Sequence record: PP337211 | Length of the DNA: 64,000 nt | Reading direction: 5' to 3' (one strand) | From: Escherichia phage ERS-1 | Shown: positions 41,701 through 55,200 of the stretch, in pieces | Layout: each line of letters starts with the position of its first letter | How positions within the stretch are numbered: position 1 is the stretch's first letter | Notes under the pieces: model-generated | The model's input: the letters and a program-made list of their open reading frames with translations, nothing else | Told to the model about the DNA's origin: nothing | The model's database searches: none | Position numbers and translations under genes: made by a program

Positions 41701-44700
41701 CGGGTTCGATTCCCCCCTTACGTCCGTAGCCCTGGACACCCTTCTCCTCCTCGCTGCCGAGGGCTCCGGGGTTGTTGAGGTAGATTTGCTGGCGAGGCGG
41801 TCCGTCTCCGCTCCTGCCGGTTCGTTGCCGATGGTTTCCTGGACGGAATCTCGACTGGCCGGTACCCAGGTGGGCGAGATAAACTGTAACCGGTGACGTC
41901 AGATTCGCTGCCGGGCTTCTCCGTCACTTGTAGCGCCGTTGTGATCGCGGTCGCTCCGCTCCTCCGCCCGGCATGCCCTCGTGGACGCGGCCCCGGTCCT
42001 GCCCGCGTCGGGCGGCGAAGGCGGCGCCGCGGTGTAGCTGGAGGCGCGGGCGGTGTCCAACCTGGAACGCTGCCGCTTTGTCCTCGCCGCCGTCCGTTCA
42101 CGGGACTGCTGGCCAAGTCCCGGACCGGTGTCGTTCGGCTCTTCGGCGAAACGGTCCCGAGGCGGTCCGGGATCGGTCGCCCTGGCTCCGCGGTTGGAAA
42201 TTGGAAGTCCTCGGGTCAAGCGGGTTTGGGGGTGGCCTGCTTCGGCGCAGGGCCACCGCTGCGTACGCCTGGGTCGATGAAGATGATCCGGATGCCCTGT
42301 CTCCTTTACGGGTCCTCCTCGGAAGATTGGCGCCGTTCGTTGGGTTCTCTTCGGGCAGAACGGCTGACCCCCGAAGTCGTCCGTTGTCGAACTCTGTTGT
42401 GGCGCATTTGGTGTGGTCGTCGCTGGGATAGGCCCGGACCGTCGCGTTGGCGGGTATCCCGCTGGTCGGGAGGTTGAGCGTGATCGCCTGCCCCGCGTGC
42501 GCGATGATGAACCGCCGTTCCGGGACCCTGCGCTTCCCGGTTCGCAGCCCCCGGCGAAGTAGCCGTCGGTGAAGGAGGAGAAGGCCGGTGAGCTGAGGCC
42601 CCGCCCCGAGACGCCCGTGAGGGTCGTGCTCCGCCCGGAAGTTCGCGGGCGGCCGCCCGCGGCCCGCAGGACGTGGGCGGTCGTCCGGTCCTCCGGCGGT
42701 GGGTCGGGCGGCGCGACGTGAGCCTGGCCTGCCTGGCTTCGGCCCCGCGCTCGGGTTCTGCCGATCCCCGCCGGTCTGCGGACGGCGAGCTGGCCGTCGC
42801 CTCGTGGTAACGCTGGACGGTGAGCTGGACGATGTCGGTGGGCGGCGAACCGCGGAATTGATCAGGAAGCCGATGCCCTTACCGCTTTGCCGGTGCCGGT
42901 TGCTCCGGGTATTCCTGGTTCTGCTCGAAGGCCCCGCGCTCTGACCTGGACGGAGTCTGGGAACCCCTGCCGACCCTTGCTCGTCCGCTGAGGTGTAGTG
43001 CCGGGATCGCGCGCCCCGGGCGGCGGGCGTGCTCGACCGGGTAGGCTTTGGCTGCTCCGCTCGCGTGCGTTGTGCGTTGCGGTTGAATCTCCGGCGGACT
43101 GGAGCTTCGGAGGGACCCGGTTGGAGTTCCGTCGAGTCTACCTGATCCGCGTCCTGGTGCTTTTGCTGGAAGCCGATTGGCGGATGCGACTGGCGTTGAT
43201 GTTGATCGGGGCGTCCGGTCTGATCGACCGCCGTGCCGTCCTGCAGGCCGTCGCCGCGTTGATCGTCCTGGCGGCCGTTCCGTCTGTCCGGAGGATGCCG
43301 ATGTGAGCGCGCTCCGGTGGGGTCGCGGTAGTCGTTGCTGGCGTGCCCTTGACGCTCTGGGCTGGCTCGCCGGTCTGGGCGATCCGCGGTTGTTCTCGAA
43401 GGTCGGAACCCGGAACGGGCGCGCGTCCTGGCGCCGGCGAAGGAACTTGCGGAGTTCGTGACGTCCTGGAGTCCTGGAGGTAACTGTAGGGGTGTCCGGT
43501 TGTGCGTAGGTCGGGGCGATAGAAGCTGGCCCCGCCGCGGTCCCGTAGTCGCGTGTCGGCCCGGGCTCGAAGGCTGTCCGTCGGCGCCTCGCCCGTTCTC
43601 GGCGCCTCGTCGAGATGTCAGGTGCCGAGGAACTGCGTGGGGGCCGCGGCGGGTCCGTCGACGTTGTCGCTGAACTCGGTGCGATTTCGGTGAACCGTCG
43701 TAGCCCGAGGTCGCCCGCGAGACGTTGCCAGGACCGCCGAGGCGCCGGGTACGATCCTCGGGTTGGCGAAGGTTTCGGCCGGTGGTCGGTTCGGTGCGGA
43801 GTCCCGGCGGAAACGATACCCGTGCTGCGGTCGCGCTCTCGCGGTTGGATCTCCCGGTTGACGATCGGCGCGCTGTCCCGGTAGTCGGAGGCGGTCGTGC
43901 TCGATGTTGATCCGGTCGTGCCCGCCTGTGGTTCCCACCTGTTGGGCCTCGGGTCGGAGGCGACGGCCCGGGTTGCGAGTCGGCCGGCTGGTGCCTGGTC
44001 TCCGCCCGGCCATTTCCTGGTACGGGATCGGATAGGTGACGTTGAAGGACTGGCGGGGCTCTCGTGCGTGCCTCGCCGCTCCGACCTGTCGTCGGTCGTG
44101 AGGCACGTCTGTTTTCCCGTCGTGACCTCCTTGGCGGGGCCTCGAAGATGTACGGGGCGACGATGCGCGAGCCCGACAGCACGTCGGCAGGTCGCCGTAC
44201 GACTGTCCCGTCCCGTCGAAGCGGAAGATGGCGTTGATGTCGGGCGGGCCGTCCGTGGTTAATGCTGCTGATAGGTCTGGTCTCCGGCCGCCCCGTGTCG
44301 CGGGCGGGATGGCCTCCTGGGTGGAAAACGCCGCCGCCGTTCTGAACCTGGATGTTCTGAAGGTATCGGTTGTCGAAAAGCTGTTCGGGTCCCTTGATCG
44401 CGAACTGCTGCTTCCTCTCCTCAGGTTTGCCGTTTGACGTTCGAGGGGCGGATGTGGACGCGGTTGTAGTAGTTGTTGTAAGCTAATGCCCTGCCGTCGA
44501 AACCTCCCCGGCTTCGCTGATGGGAAGGCTGTTCTGGACGGAGCCGAAGCCGTCCGTGGTTCGCTCCCGGGTAACGTTCTGGGCGGGCTTTGATCGTCTG
44601 CTGGACCAGGAGTCCCGCCCCACTGCCGGTTCCGGGCGGCCCCTGGAGACGGTGCCCTGCCAAGGCTCGCCTGGACGACTGTGTCAGACCTTTGTACCAT

Positions 44701-47700
44701 TTCCCCCGTTGGGATGGACCGCCCGCCTTTTCTGGTACGGGTGGAGCCTTCCGTCCCATCTGGTTGGGTGTGACCTTCCTCCCCCGGCCGGCAGGCCGGC
44801 TCGCCCTGCCCATTGGATTCCCCACCGGACTCGGGTACTCCTCGTTGCGGTTCGCTGAAGAGTTGATTGCAAGGACAAGCCCGACCCTGTTGGGGGTCGG
44901 CGAATAGTCCACGGGTTCATCCGTGAGCACCGCCTCCGCCGGCCCTGACCCGCTCTAGCGTAGGTCGGGCCGGCGCCAGGAGTGACCCTCCGAATTGTTC
45001 AAGGAATCGAACGAGCTGGAAGGAGACCCTGCCGTCGTCGTTGGCCGTGGTATAGTGAACCTGCCGACCGAAGGGACCTCCGGCAGTCCGTAGTTACCGC
45101 CGTCGGATCCTGCGGGTGGCGTTTCCGGTATAGTTGCGGGATGTTCCCCGCCCGTAGCGTAGAAGAACCGCCCCGCTCCGGGCCGCGGGTCAGGTTGGTG
45201 AGCCGAAGCCCTGGGCGCTGGAAGATAGTGGATGCCACCCTTGGCCTGTAGATGGTCTTGCTGTCCGGCAGCGGTAGGATGGCAATGGCCCCAAAGTAGA
45301 TGGGCAGCGGAAGATTGGCATGCCCTTGTCCCCGTTCGAGGTCGAGTGCGCAGCGGATAGCCGGGCTGGCGATCCGGCGAGCCCCCGCGCAGCCGTCCGA
45401 ACCGTTGACCGCGATTGGTATCGCCCGGAGCGAGGAACCGTTGACGGTGATGGTTTCGTTTGGGCAGCTGTGGTTTAAATAGGCCGTACCCTCGTGAGGG
45501 GCTCGCGCCGGGAGCCCGCCGCCACGCGGCCGTTTACCCTGGCCGCGGCGAAGTCGTGGCTGAAACGGGTTGTTGTCCGGTCCGGTCGTGCACCGGGTTC
45601 GGCTTCACCGGTTTGTCGTGTAGAGGTGGTGCTGGTGGAACTGATTCCGGTAGGCGGTGCTGGAGTTGTGGGCCCCGCCGTTATAGGTTGTCGTGTTCTC
45701 CGCGGCGTTCTGATACCCGCTGATGCTGAGGTCCCTCGGCTCTCGACCTCGCCAGCCAAGGGAGCCCGCTGGAGTAGGACGGTGGGCCAAGGACCCACCA
45801 CGCCTTCGGTAATTGCGGTATGGAGCTTGCCTGAGCTCCGGTCGGTCGTCCCGTGTGGCCCCCGCCGCCGCCGCTGGACGGCGAGAAGGGGATGCTGGCA
45901 GGATTTGTGTCGGCCCGGCTCTCCGGTTGCGGGCTCGAGCTCGCCGCCTCCCGAAGTATGCCTTTAGCCGTCTGGGTTGCGAGGCGTCGCCCGGGCGGCC
46001 TTCGCCTGCTCGGGAGCCTGTCGTTGCCGGTGCCCGGCACGTCCGCGGTGCCGTTCGCGTAGGAATAGCGCCGCTCGGAACGGGAGCGGCGTCCTGCGGG
46101 ACCAAGGACCCCCCGACCGCCTGCGGGTAGGGGAACTGGTTGGGCGTAGGTGCGGTGACGCAAGCCCGGCAGCCTCCCTCAGGCTGGTCGCGACCTCGGC
46201 GAACTGCAAGGAGCGGCCGAGGCGCGAATGAACAGGGCAATGTGGCGTTCCCGGGGACGCGTCGGGACGGCGAGCGGGTATTGAGCCCCGAACCGGTAGG
46301 GCGCGCCCGGCTGGTCGAACGGGGCGTCGGTTGGCGTCAGTGCCCGCGTACCCGTTCGTTGACGCGTTGTACCTGCCTGCGGCGCTGTCGTACTCTGACC
46401 TGATCTCGGCGTAGATTTCGGGTTGCAGTTGCCCGTGCCTTCGGGATGACCTCCGAGCCGAAGTGGTTGGCCGTCGGTCCCGTCCGCCTCGGCGAGGAGT
46501 TCGGACCTGAAACGTTCGTTGTTCCGCTTTGGATGGTTCCTGGCAGGTCGCCCGGCCAAGATGAGCCCCGGCAGTTCCGGCAACCGCGAAGGTCGCTGTT
46601 CCCGAGGGAGGCGGGCGTCCGTCATGGTCAGGCTGTAGTCCGTGAAGTCCCGTCGTCTGAGCATCGGAGGCCAGGACCGCGGGGGGAGGCCGTTGGATGT
46701 GCCGTATGTCGGATGTGACTTGTCCGCCGCTTGACTTCGCGGGCCGTCCCAGCTTCTGTGAATTGAAGCTGACCCCCGGATAGGTTCGAGGCGTACAAAA
46801 GCGGCCAGTTATTGTGGGGTCGTTCTGTGTTGGGTTCGTGGGGTTGTGCTGAACGCGTGGGGATGGTTCTTTGCGAGGCTGGTGGCAGGGTCCGCTGGCG
46901 GCCGGTATGGGTGGCGATGTTGTCCCGGCGGTACGGCGCGCCTGCCGGGCTGGCCATGCGCCGCTCCTTCTGGGTCGCGTTCGTGGTAAGGTGATCTGAC
47001 TCGCCAGAAAGTCTCGGGTTCGTCGCGGTTCCGATTTCGTTGCCTTGTCCTTCCCGGTTGTTGTGACCTGGCGGACCGCGCCAGCGTTGCGTCGGATCCC
47101 GTTTGGAGGACCCGCTCGCCCGAGGAGCTGGTGGTAGTCCTGTTCGGGCTCGATCCGTTCAGGCCCGGATCGCGGACCGACCGCCTGCTGCCCCTCGCCA
47201 CCGCCTGACGCGCTTCGCCCCGCTCCTGGGTCGGAGTACGGATGGACCTCGCTTTGCCGGCGTAGGCGGAAGGCGACCTGCTGCGAGTCCTGCCGCCTGC
47301 CCCCCGCCAGCGGGTCCCCTTCTGCCAGGCTGGGCCTGGCGTCCTGGGCGATGATCTGGGCGACGTTCGCGCGTCGCCGCGCCGGTCGCCGCCGCGAGGG
47401 CGTAGTTGGCCGGGGCGGAGCGGAGGCGAGGGCCTTCTGAACTGCCCTTGCCGTCAATGGTTGCCGCGGCGATAGCCGCCGCCTTGCCGATTGCCGCCTG
47501 CTTCGCTCCCGACCGGACCTGCCCTGGAGGGTGGAGAAGAAGTTGCGCTGGGTGGCGGTCCGCCTGTGATCTGGGCCTGGACCCGAGCCTTCAATCGTGG
47601 GCGGTCTGCTCGCCGACGAGGTCGGCTTGCCGCGTTGCCGTTGCGGCTTTGCCTGTGCCGCCAGGTATTGTGCCGGGCTTCCACCGTACCCGCGAGAGGT

Positions 47701-48499
47701 CCGCGTCGGACTTCCCTAACCGGTTCGCCTGGGCCTGCGCGATCGCCCCCGCGGCCTGGCCGTTCGATCGCCGTGAGCTGGGCGGTGAACTCCTGCTGGG
47801 TCCGAGGATAGCCTGAAGGACCTGGTTGCGGGTTTCCGCCGCCCCGGGTCTCCCTGAACGGTGCTGCTTCTCGCCAGCTGCTTCGGGTCTGGCTCCCCAG
47901 GACGACGCCTTGATAGCGGCGTCTGTTCCCATGTAGCGGTGCTGCTGTTCGACCTCGCCGCCCCCAGGTGAGGCGGCTCGCGCCTCCTCCTCCGGCTGGC
48001 GGTTGATCGCGCCCGGGGCCGGGCGTGGTCCTTCCGCTGCTCCTCGACGGTGCCTGACCTGGGCCTTGCGCTCCGCGGTGACGGCTCGCCCCCGGTTTGT
48101 CAGAGGGGGCGAGGGCGTTGGCGTACCCCGCCGAGCTGCCCGGTGCGCGGGGATCCTACCTGTTGGTTGAGTTCATCCTGGAGTCTCGAGGGCCTTGGCC
48201 GCCTCCTCATCGCCTTTCCCGGAGGTCCGGCGACCACCGCCGTCCCTGTTCGGCGTTCCGACTCCAGCCGCGGCGACCCGCTCCTTGGAAATGTCGCGCG
48301 CGTTGATCCGCTTGTCCGGATCGCCTAAACCGCTTTCCGGATCGGCGAGGACTTCCTGGCGGAAGCCTTCCTCGGGTTCGTGCCGATGTTGGCGCCGGCG
48401 GCCTTCGGCCCTCGACGTCGCTGGTCACCGCCGCCTTCTGGCCGTCCGTCGTCGTAAGGTTTTGCCGCCGGCCTTCGCGCGTTCCCCGAGCTGGCGGGA

Positions 48500-49248
48500 A
48501 GTCGTTCAGGGCGTCGATGACGGAGCTGCGGTTGAGGACCCGCGGTTCCCACGCCCCGGATCGTCCCGCCGATCCGGTTGATGTCCGAAGGACGGTGCGG
48601 CTTTGTTCTGCCTGGGCTTCCCTGGTTCTGCACGCTGGCCCCGGCCGGTCGGTTGTGCGTGCCGTCGCCGCGAGCCTGTTGCCCGTCGAGAACTCCCCAC
48701 CGTATTGGCGAGGCCGGTGATGATCGGGCCGATGTCCTCCCGGCGGCGCGCGTCAGATTGCCCAGAGTGGTCGTGTCGTCAATCCCCAGCTCGATTCTCG
48801 TCCCGGAACAGGGTCAGGGCGGTGATCACGGGAGGTGAGGACGATCAGGAATGCGCCCAAGGGGTTCGCGGCGATGGCGGCGTTGAGGGCGACCACCGCG
48901 GTGCGGACCGCGTTGAACGCAGCCGCGCCCCCGGCGACGATAGCGAAGCCCGCGCCCAGGAGGACCTTGGCGAGGGTGTCCGGTTATTGCTGATGAAGCT
49001 GTTGATCGCCTTGGACTGGCTCGCTCGCCCCGGTCGCCCGTCCAGTTGCCGGCTCCCTGGCCCTCCCGTTGTTCTGAAAGGACTTGGAAGGACTGGCCGA
49101 TGGTGGACGGACTGGGGTCGTTCCTCCGGCCTCCGTCCCGGGCGTTCTTGAAGGCGTCGAAGATGATGTCGGCGCTGATCTTCGCTCCTTTCCTTATCCT
49201 TGCCGGAGTTCGCCGCGGTTGTCCCGTCGCTTGGCCATCCTTCGCCAT
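48500..49248 (-). pseudogene. tail tape-measure-like protein fragment (bounds uncertain, gene probably longer)
   Basis: Minus-strand stretch VLLGAGFAIVAGGAAAFNAVRTAVVALNAAIAANPLGAFLIVLTS (~48841-48975), resembling conserved tape-measure segments; protein-like N-terminus MAKDGQATGQ...KISADIIFDAFKNARDGG at 49248. Confidence 0.35.
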
Positions 49249-52200
49249 GGTCTGGCTGTTCGGACGGAGTTCGGTCGATCGCTGCGGAGGACGCCCAGGC
49301 GCAGGCCCTGGGCCTGCTGGACGTGCCCGCTCCAGCCTCGCCCGCGCTCGCGCCTGGACGGGCGACGGCTTGGTCCCTGTGACTTCGTGAAGTCGATCTG
49401 GCTCCTGCTGCGAGGTGCCGCCCCTTCGCGCTGTCGGCCGTCGGCCGCACGTCTCCCGGACCCTTGGGGACTGGCGGGTGGAGTTCGAGACGCAGGCCGA
49501 CCATAGACCGCCCCGAGGTATGGGTCTTCAGGCCGTCGCCCGGAGTCGGTTCTGAGGTTGGCGAGGCTGTCCTGCCCCTCCAGTTCGCGCGGGGCGTGTA
49601 CGCGCCCTGGAGGTGGTGGTTCTCAGGAAGTCCCCTCCCGTCCGCGGCTCCTCGCCCGGACTCGCCGATGTCCTCCCGTCGCTGAACGGCGCGCCAGCCT
49701 CGTTCGGTGATGATGATGTCGGTTGTGCCGGCCGTTGGCTCCCCGGTCCCCGTCAGATGCCCCTTCCCAACTGTAGGCCGGACGGCTTCGAGCACCGCCT
49801 GTTCCAAGTTGCTGGGGCTCGGCGGAAGCACCCGTCATTCCCGTTGTTGGATGTACGGAGGTTGTTGGTGATGCGCATCTCTCCCCGGCACCCAACCCGC
49901 GAATGACCGATTGGCTTGGTCGATAGCGGCCTGAGTGTCGGCGGCTTCGGTGCTGCCTGCCTCGCCGGCGAGAGGCGTTGTTGCGGGAGGAGGGGGCGGA
50001 GCCGGTCGCGGTGATCCGGTTGGATCGGGCGCGGCCCGTGTCCGGGCGTCCGGTGTCGGCTTGATCCGCGGCGAGGGCGACCTTGCGAGCGAGCGTGTTA
50101 GATGCTCGCCACCTTCGGTCCCGGGAGGAAATGCGTCGGCCCTGAGTCGCTGAGACTTGGCTGCGCTCGCCTTGTACAGACTTCTGGCGGCTTGCTGGAT
50201 GGTCGGGGGCTCTCCCCTGCTGCTCGCCCTCCATCCCTGTCTACTGTAGGTTTCTGGAATGGAGGGTGGCGGCACAGGTCCCTGGCCTGTGCCGATTCTG
50301 CCGTCACGTTGTTTAAAAATCCGATGTAGTACAGGCTCGAATGAAGGTTTACTCCGGGGCGTTCTGTATGCGGTCGGGGCGGTCCGACCCGTGCGTCGCT
50401 CGATGATCTTCGCCTCACTGGGCCTCGCTCGAAGCCGTAGGCGACTTCCCGGTTTCCCGTGCCGTCTCCCCGCACCTCGTCGCGGAGCGTTGCGTCGGCG
50501 GACTGCTCGCGGAGGTCCCGGCTGTCCGGTGCTCGAACCTGTTCGGACGTCTCCTCGTCGAAGTCCGCTTCGGCTGGCCGTCCGGGCCTTCCCGTCGATC
50601 GGTTGGGACCGCCGTCTCCGCGAACATTCCTCGGCACCTGTCCGCGGGGTCGTTGTCCGTGTCCGGTTGGACGGCCTTTCTGTACGGGCGGGTGGCCTTC
50701 TCCGCGCCTTCGAGAAGGCGAGCGTCCGCGGCCCCGGCGCGCGATCTCGATGCGGATCGGTCTGCCGTCCGCCGTTGGCCGTACCGGCGGAAACGTTGTC
50801 CGTTTCCGGGCCCTCCGTCTGGTCGGGCCCGTTTGGGCCCTCGCTCTCCGTTTCTCGCCAGGGTGAGGGAAGGGAGGGCCCGCAGCCTCCCGGGTCTGTT
50901 GATTATACGTCCGCCGTGTTCGGAAGGTAAGGAATTCGTTTCCAGTGGGCCAGCCCCGCCGCCCTCCCGCTCCGCTCCGCCAGGCAGGGTGATCCGCGGC
51001 CTGTCTGCGCTTTGTCGTCGCCCGGGTGAGCGGCATGTCCGTGGTTATGCAGTTGCTTGCCAGGCGAAGTCCTTGCCGTCACGTTGAGTTGTCGCGGTTG
51101 CTGGACCGCCTGGGTTCCGCGAAGTAGGCGGTGACGTTACCCGAGCCCGGAAGGTGCCCGCGGAACGCTCGAAGGCCCCGAGGACCTGCGACCGCCTTGT
51201 CGGGCGAGACGTTGTTGTTGATCGTCGGGTCAGCTCCGCTCAGGAAGGCGAACAGCGCAGTGGGGTTCGAACTCGCCCGCGGTCAAGCCTTCCCATGATC
51301 CGGCTGAAGTCCGAGGAGGTGTTGAAGGCCGGTGCGTCCCAGGTCGGGACGGGCGCCCGACTTCGTCGCCGGAGCTGTCGCGCTGTTCGTTGTCGGTCGC
51401 CGCGAAGCCGGGTCAACCGTGACCTTGTCGGCCTGGCGAATCTGGAGGCTCGGTTGTTTCTGGACCGCCTCCTGGTACTCACGTGCCGTTCGCGTCCTGG
51501 CCCGGGTACGTTCGAGCTGGCAGGTGCGGCGCTTTATCGTGTTGGCGTCCCGCTCGTCGATCCGATCCTGCCGGAGCAACTGTGGATGGTCTTGCCCGTG
51601 CCCGTCTCGTCCTCGGCGGTGCCGGCGGTCTTGTCGGTCTGATGTAGGTGGCCGCGACCGCGCGGACGCGGGCGAAGCCGTCGTCGGCGGTGTCGGCGGA
51701 ACTGGTCGCCGCCGCGTCCCCGCTCCGTCACCTTGCCAGGCTGGGTTTAGGCCTCGCGCCCAGCTCGCGGACCTGGTGCGGATAGCTGCCCAGTTGTCGA
51801 CCGTCGTTTGCGGAGCCCAACTGGAAACCAACCTCTCATCAAAGCTTCGCCGGTCGCCGGGGGCGTCATCCACTGCGGTTTGAGTCACCACCACGGTCGT
51901 GGCCGTGGAGCTGGCGACGTTCTTCAGGCCGTTGTTCGAGGCCTGACCGAAGCCGGAGGCGCAGGGCCAGATCACCGGCGAGGAACGCGACCCCTCGCCT
52001 GCCCTGAGCCCTGGGCGTAGGCCCCGCCGTGCCCGTTGCTGGGAGAAGGGCGGCGGTTCCGTTGGTCGGGACGTCGCTGGCCTTCTCGCGGATGTCCGCG
52101 AGACAAGCTGAAGCTGTGGTTTGTTGTTCTGGTCTGTTCTTACCCCAAACTGCCCAGGCGTCCGTGTTGTGGTCGTCGGCCCTCTGCGCTGGCCGGACGG

Positions 52201-55200
52201 GTCGACGGGGTTCCGGCTACCGTGGTCCTGGCCCTGATCAGCTGTTCGTAGCCGTTGGGGCTCCTGCAGACTGTCGGCGGCCCTGTTCTCGATCGTGTCC
52301 TCCTCCGCAGGCGCAGGCCGGTGACGTTCAGTCAATCTCGTTAGCCGTTGCAACCTCCGGATCGAGTGGTGGGTCGATCCGTTTGTCCCGTCTGACTCCA
52401 CCGCCGATATCCGCGCCGTCCGGGCCAATCTCCTGGACGCGCGCGTTGCGGAACGGATCGCCGCTCGCGCGCCTCGCCCCTCGAGGCGTCCCGGGCGATC
52501 ATCGCCTGTTTCCGGCGGGTAGGCCTTGGCCTCCGGGCCGCGGGTGAAAACTTGTACCGTGAACCCGGTCCGGTACGGTAAAGCGGCGACCGCCCGGCTG
52601 CTCTCGAAGGTCGCGCCGCGAAGTCGGTGCGGCGCAACGTGATTCGGCATAGGGCTGTCCGCGGGCGGCAGGGTCGCCCGCGTCCTCCTGGGCGGCCGCG
52701 GATCGGAGCCCCGCCGTTGAGGGCCGGGGCGTCCGTGGTCGGCTGGTGTTGAAACCTGCCGGGTGATTCCGTCGCGGGCGCTGTCGAAGGTCGGGAGGGT
52801 CATTGGCGCACCTGCAATTTCCGTTATCGCTCGCCCGTTCGGGTTCTGGTTTCGGCGATGACCTTCCGGTCTCCGGAGCCGGCGGCCTTCGACCTCCGGC
52901 GGAGCCGTGCGCGTCTCTCCGCGGGCGAAGTCGCGCTGGTCGCCCTTGCGGATCGTCGGCCGTCGATGTAGCGTTGCTGGTGTTGGACACCGCTTCAACC
53001 GGTGGTCCGCCGCGACGTTGCCGCCCGGCTTCCGGCTTGCCGCCGGGATCGGGGCGGCCCCGGCGGTGAAGCCCCGCAGGTTGCGGCCTGGCCGTTCTTC
53101 TTGACCGTTCTTGGCCCTGCGCGATAGCGGGTAGTACTGTGCCCGACCACCCGTGCCAGGCCGCCGGAGTGATAAGCTGGTGGTACCTGCTTCTGGCTTG
53201 TCGCCGCCGGAGTATTGGGTCGGAATACGGCCCCGCCGTCAAGGCGACGGACTCGCTGACGGGTCGGACCGCCTTCCGACTTCAGGACCGCTGTCGCCGA
53301 GGCGTCTTCCGCTCCGGGTTGGGGTTCTGCTTCGCCAGGGCGCGCGAGTCGCGTGTTCTTCACCCTTTGCGGCATGTCGTCGATGTAGTAGCGGTGCGGT
53401 CTGGCGTCCGTCCGGTGCCCTTCCCGGTGGTCGCGGCCTGCTGCTTTCTCGCCTTCAAGTCGAACCGCTGTTCCGGTAGTCGGTCGCGCGGATGACCGCG
53501 GCCTCGGTCCCTGGGGGTCCGTGAGCCCGCGAAGGAGTCGCCCCGGTCGGCGCGGTAGGTCTTCGAACCCTCCCCGCCACGTAGGGTTCGCCCCGGCCAC
53601 GGCTCCCGCGTCGTCTGGACGACGGGTGCCGGCGCTCCTCCAAGGCTTGATATTTGGCCCGGCGGATCGTCGATGTTCCGTGGCCTCCGGTTGATCGGCT
53701 GGTTCCTGTTCCCGTACCCGGGCTGAGGGACGCGGGGACTTGAGGCTGGTGCGTTCCGACGTGCCGGGTCGGGGCGGGGCCGGGTCGTCCGCGGGCGTTC
53801 AGGCGGCGGTGATCCTGTAGGACGCCCGCCGCCCCGCCGTTGTAGCTGGACGCCACGAAGCCCCGCCGTTGTGACCGTCGCGCCCGGGCTTCGCGGCGCA
53901 TCTTCGCCCGTGTTTTCTGTCCAGTTGCGTCATGGCCGTGAGCCTGGAAAGCCCGGGTCAGGCGGTTTCCCGTGTCGGTCGCGGCAGGGAGGCGTGCGCC
54001 GCGCGCTCCTCCAACCCGTCCAACCGCTCGAGCCGTCCGCGCGATAGGCTACCGGGATTGGCGGCTGAACCCGTATCGCCAGGTCCGCTCTGCCCGAGGG
54101 TTCCTGGCGGGGAGCGTGCGTGAGGCCACATGCTTTTCCTGCTCGATCCGTCCGGCGAGGGTCCGGGTCGGCCGTGGTGACCTCCCGCTGCTCGACCTGC
54201 CGCGGTGCCTCCTTCGCCCCCGAAAGGGACGAAGGCGCGGGCGTCCTGGGCGAGGGCGACCAGCCGAAGGCCCTGTACACGCGAAGGCGAAGTGAATCTG
54301 GCCCTCGCCGGAATGGTTGGAAGGTGAAGCGCTGCGGGGGCGATGGCGAGGACCCCAGGCTCCCTGCCCCTCCCAGCTCTCCCGGCTGTGTGAGCCTTTC
54401 CCAGTGTCGGCCCGGGCAGTACGGCGGGTGATCTGGGCGGTGATCCCTGCGGCGCGAGGGACGCTGTCCGTTGCGCGAGGGTCACGACGCGGCCGGGGTC
54501 GAATCCGTACGGGACCACGCCTGGCGATGAAGGTACCGGCCGGTTGTTGAAGAAGGGCGCGAGGGCGCTTGTCGGTCGGAAGAAGCGGGTGACGGCGATG
54601 TTCATCGTTGGTTCTCCGGTTGGTGGGGGCAGGGTAGTGGGTGGACGGCGGACGCGCCCAGGCTGAAAGGGGCCTTTCGGCTTTCCCGACGGCCCGGTCG
54701 CCGTCTGCGGCGACTTCCCCGGTAGCCGCCGAAGTCTCTGGCGGTGGTTGGCGCTCCGTTCGGCCCTCGCCGGGGTGGACCTGCTGTCCGGATCGGCTGG
54801 GCCTGCAGGAGAATTGGAGGCGCCCCGCTGATTGCCTGGTCCTGGGGGTCCTGTGCAGAGCGCGGCTCTTCCCCGCGCCCGGGCGTCCGCTCGCCGTCGG
54901 GCGAAACCCGCGCCCGGAAGGTCGGCGCCTCGCTGTCGGCGGGTTTTCCCCCGTCGGCGGTCTCGTTGTTGGCCTGGCGCGTAGGCGTTCCCCTCCCGTT
55001 CCCGGCGCGGACCTCCTCCTCGCAATTCGTCAGCGGCCTCCGCCGCCTCCGCGGTCGCGCTCCGCCTTCCCGGAGCCGTAGCCGTAGCCGTAGCCCGCGA
55101 AGGTGATCCAGTGCGACGGTGAGGTGCACGCCTGCCGTGGCCGGCTTGGAGGAGGGGAAGCCGAACACGGGGGCTTAACCTCGCCCGTCCGTTGCCCTTG

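Noticed and set aside
41640-41720. Possible tRNA (GGTTCGATTCC T-loop-like motif at ~41702)
   Set aside because: I could not build acceptor, D and anticodon stems around it; the motif alone occurs by chance in GC-rich DNA.
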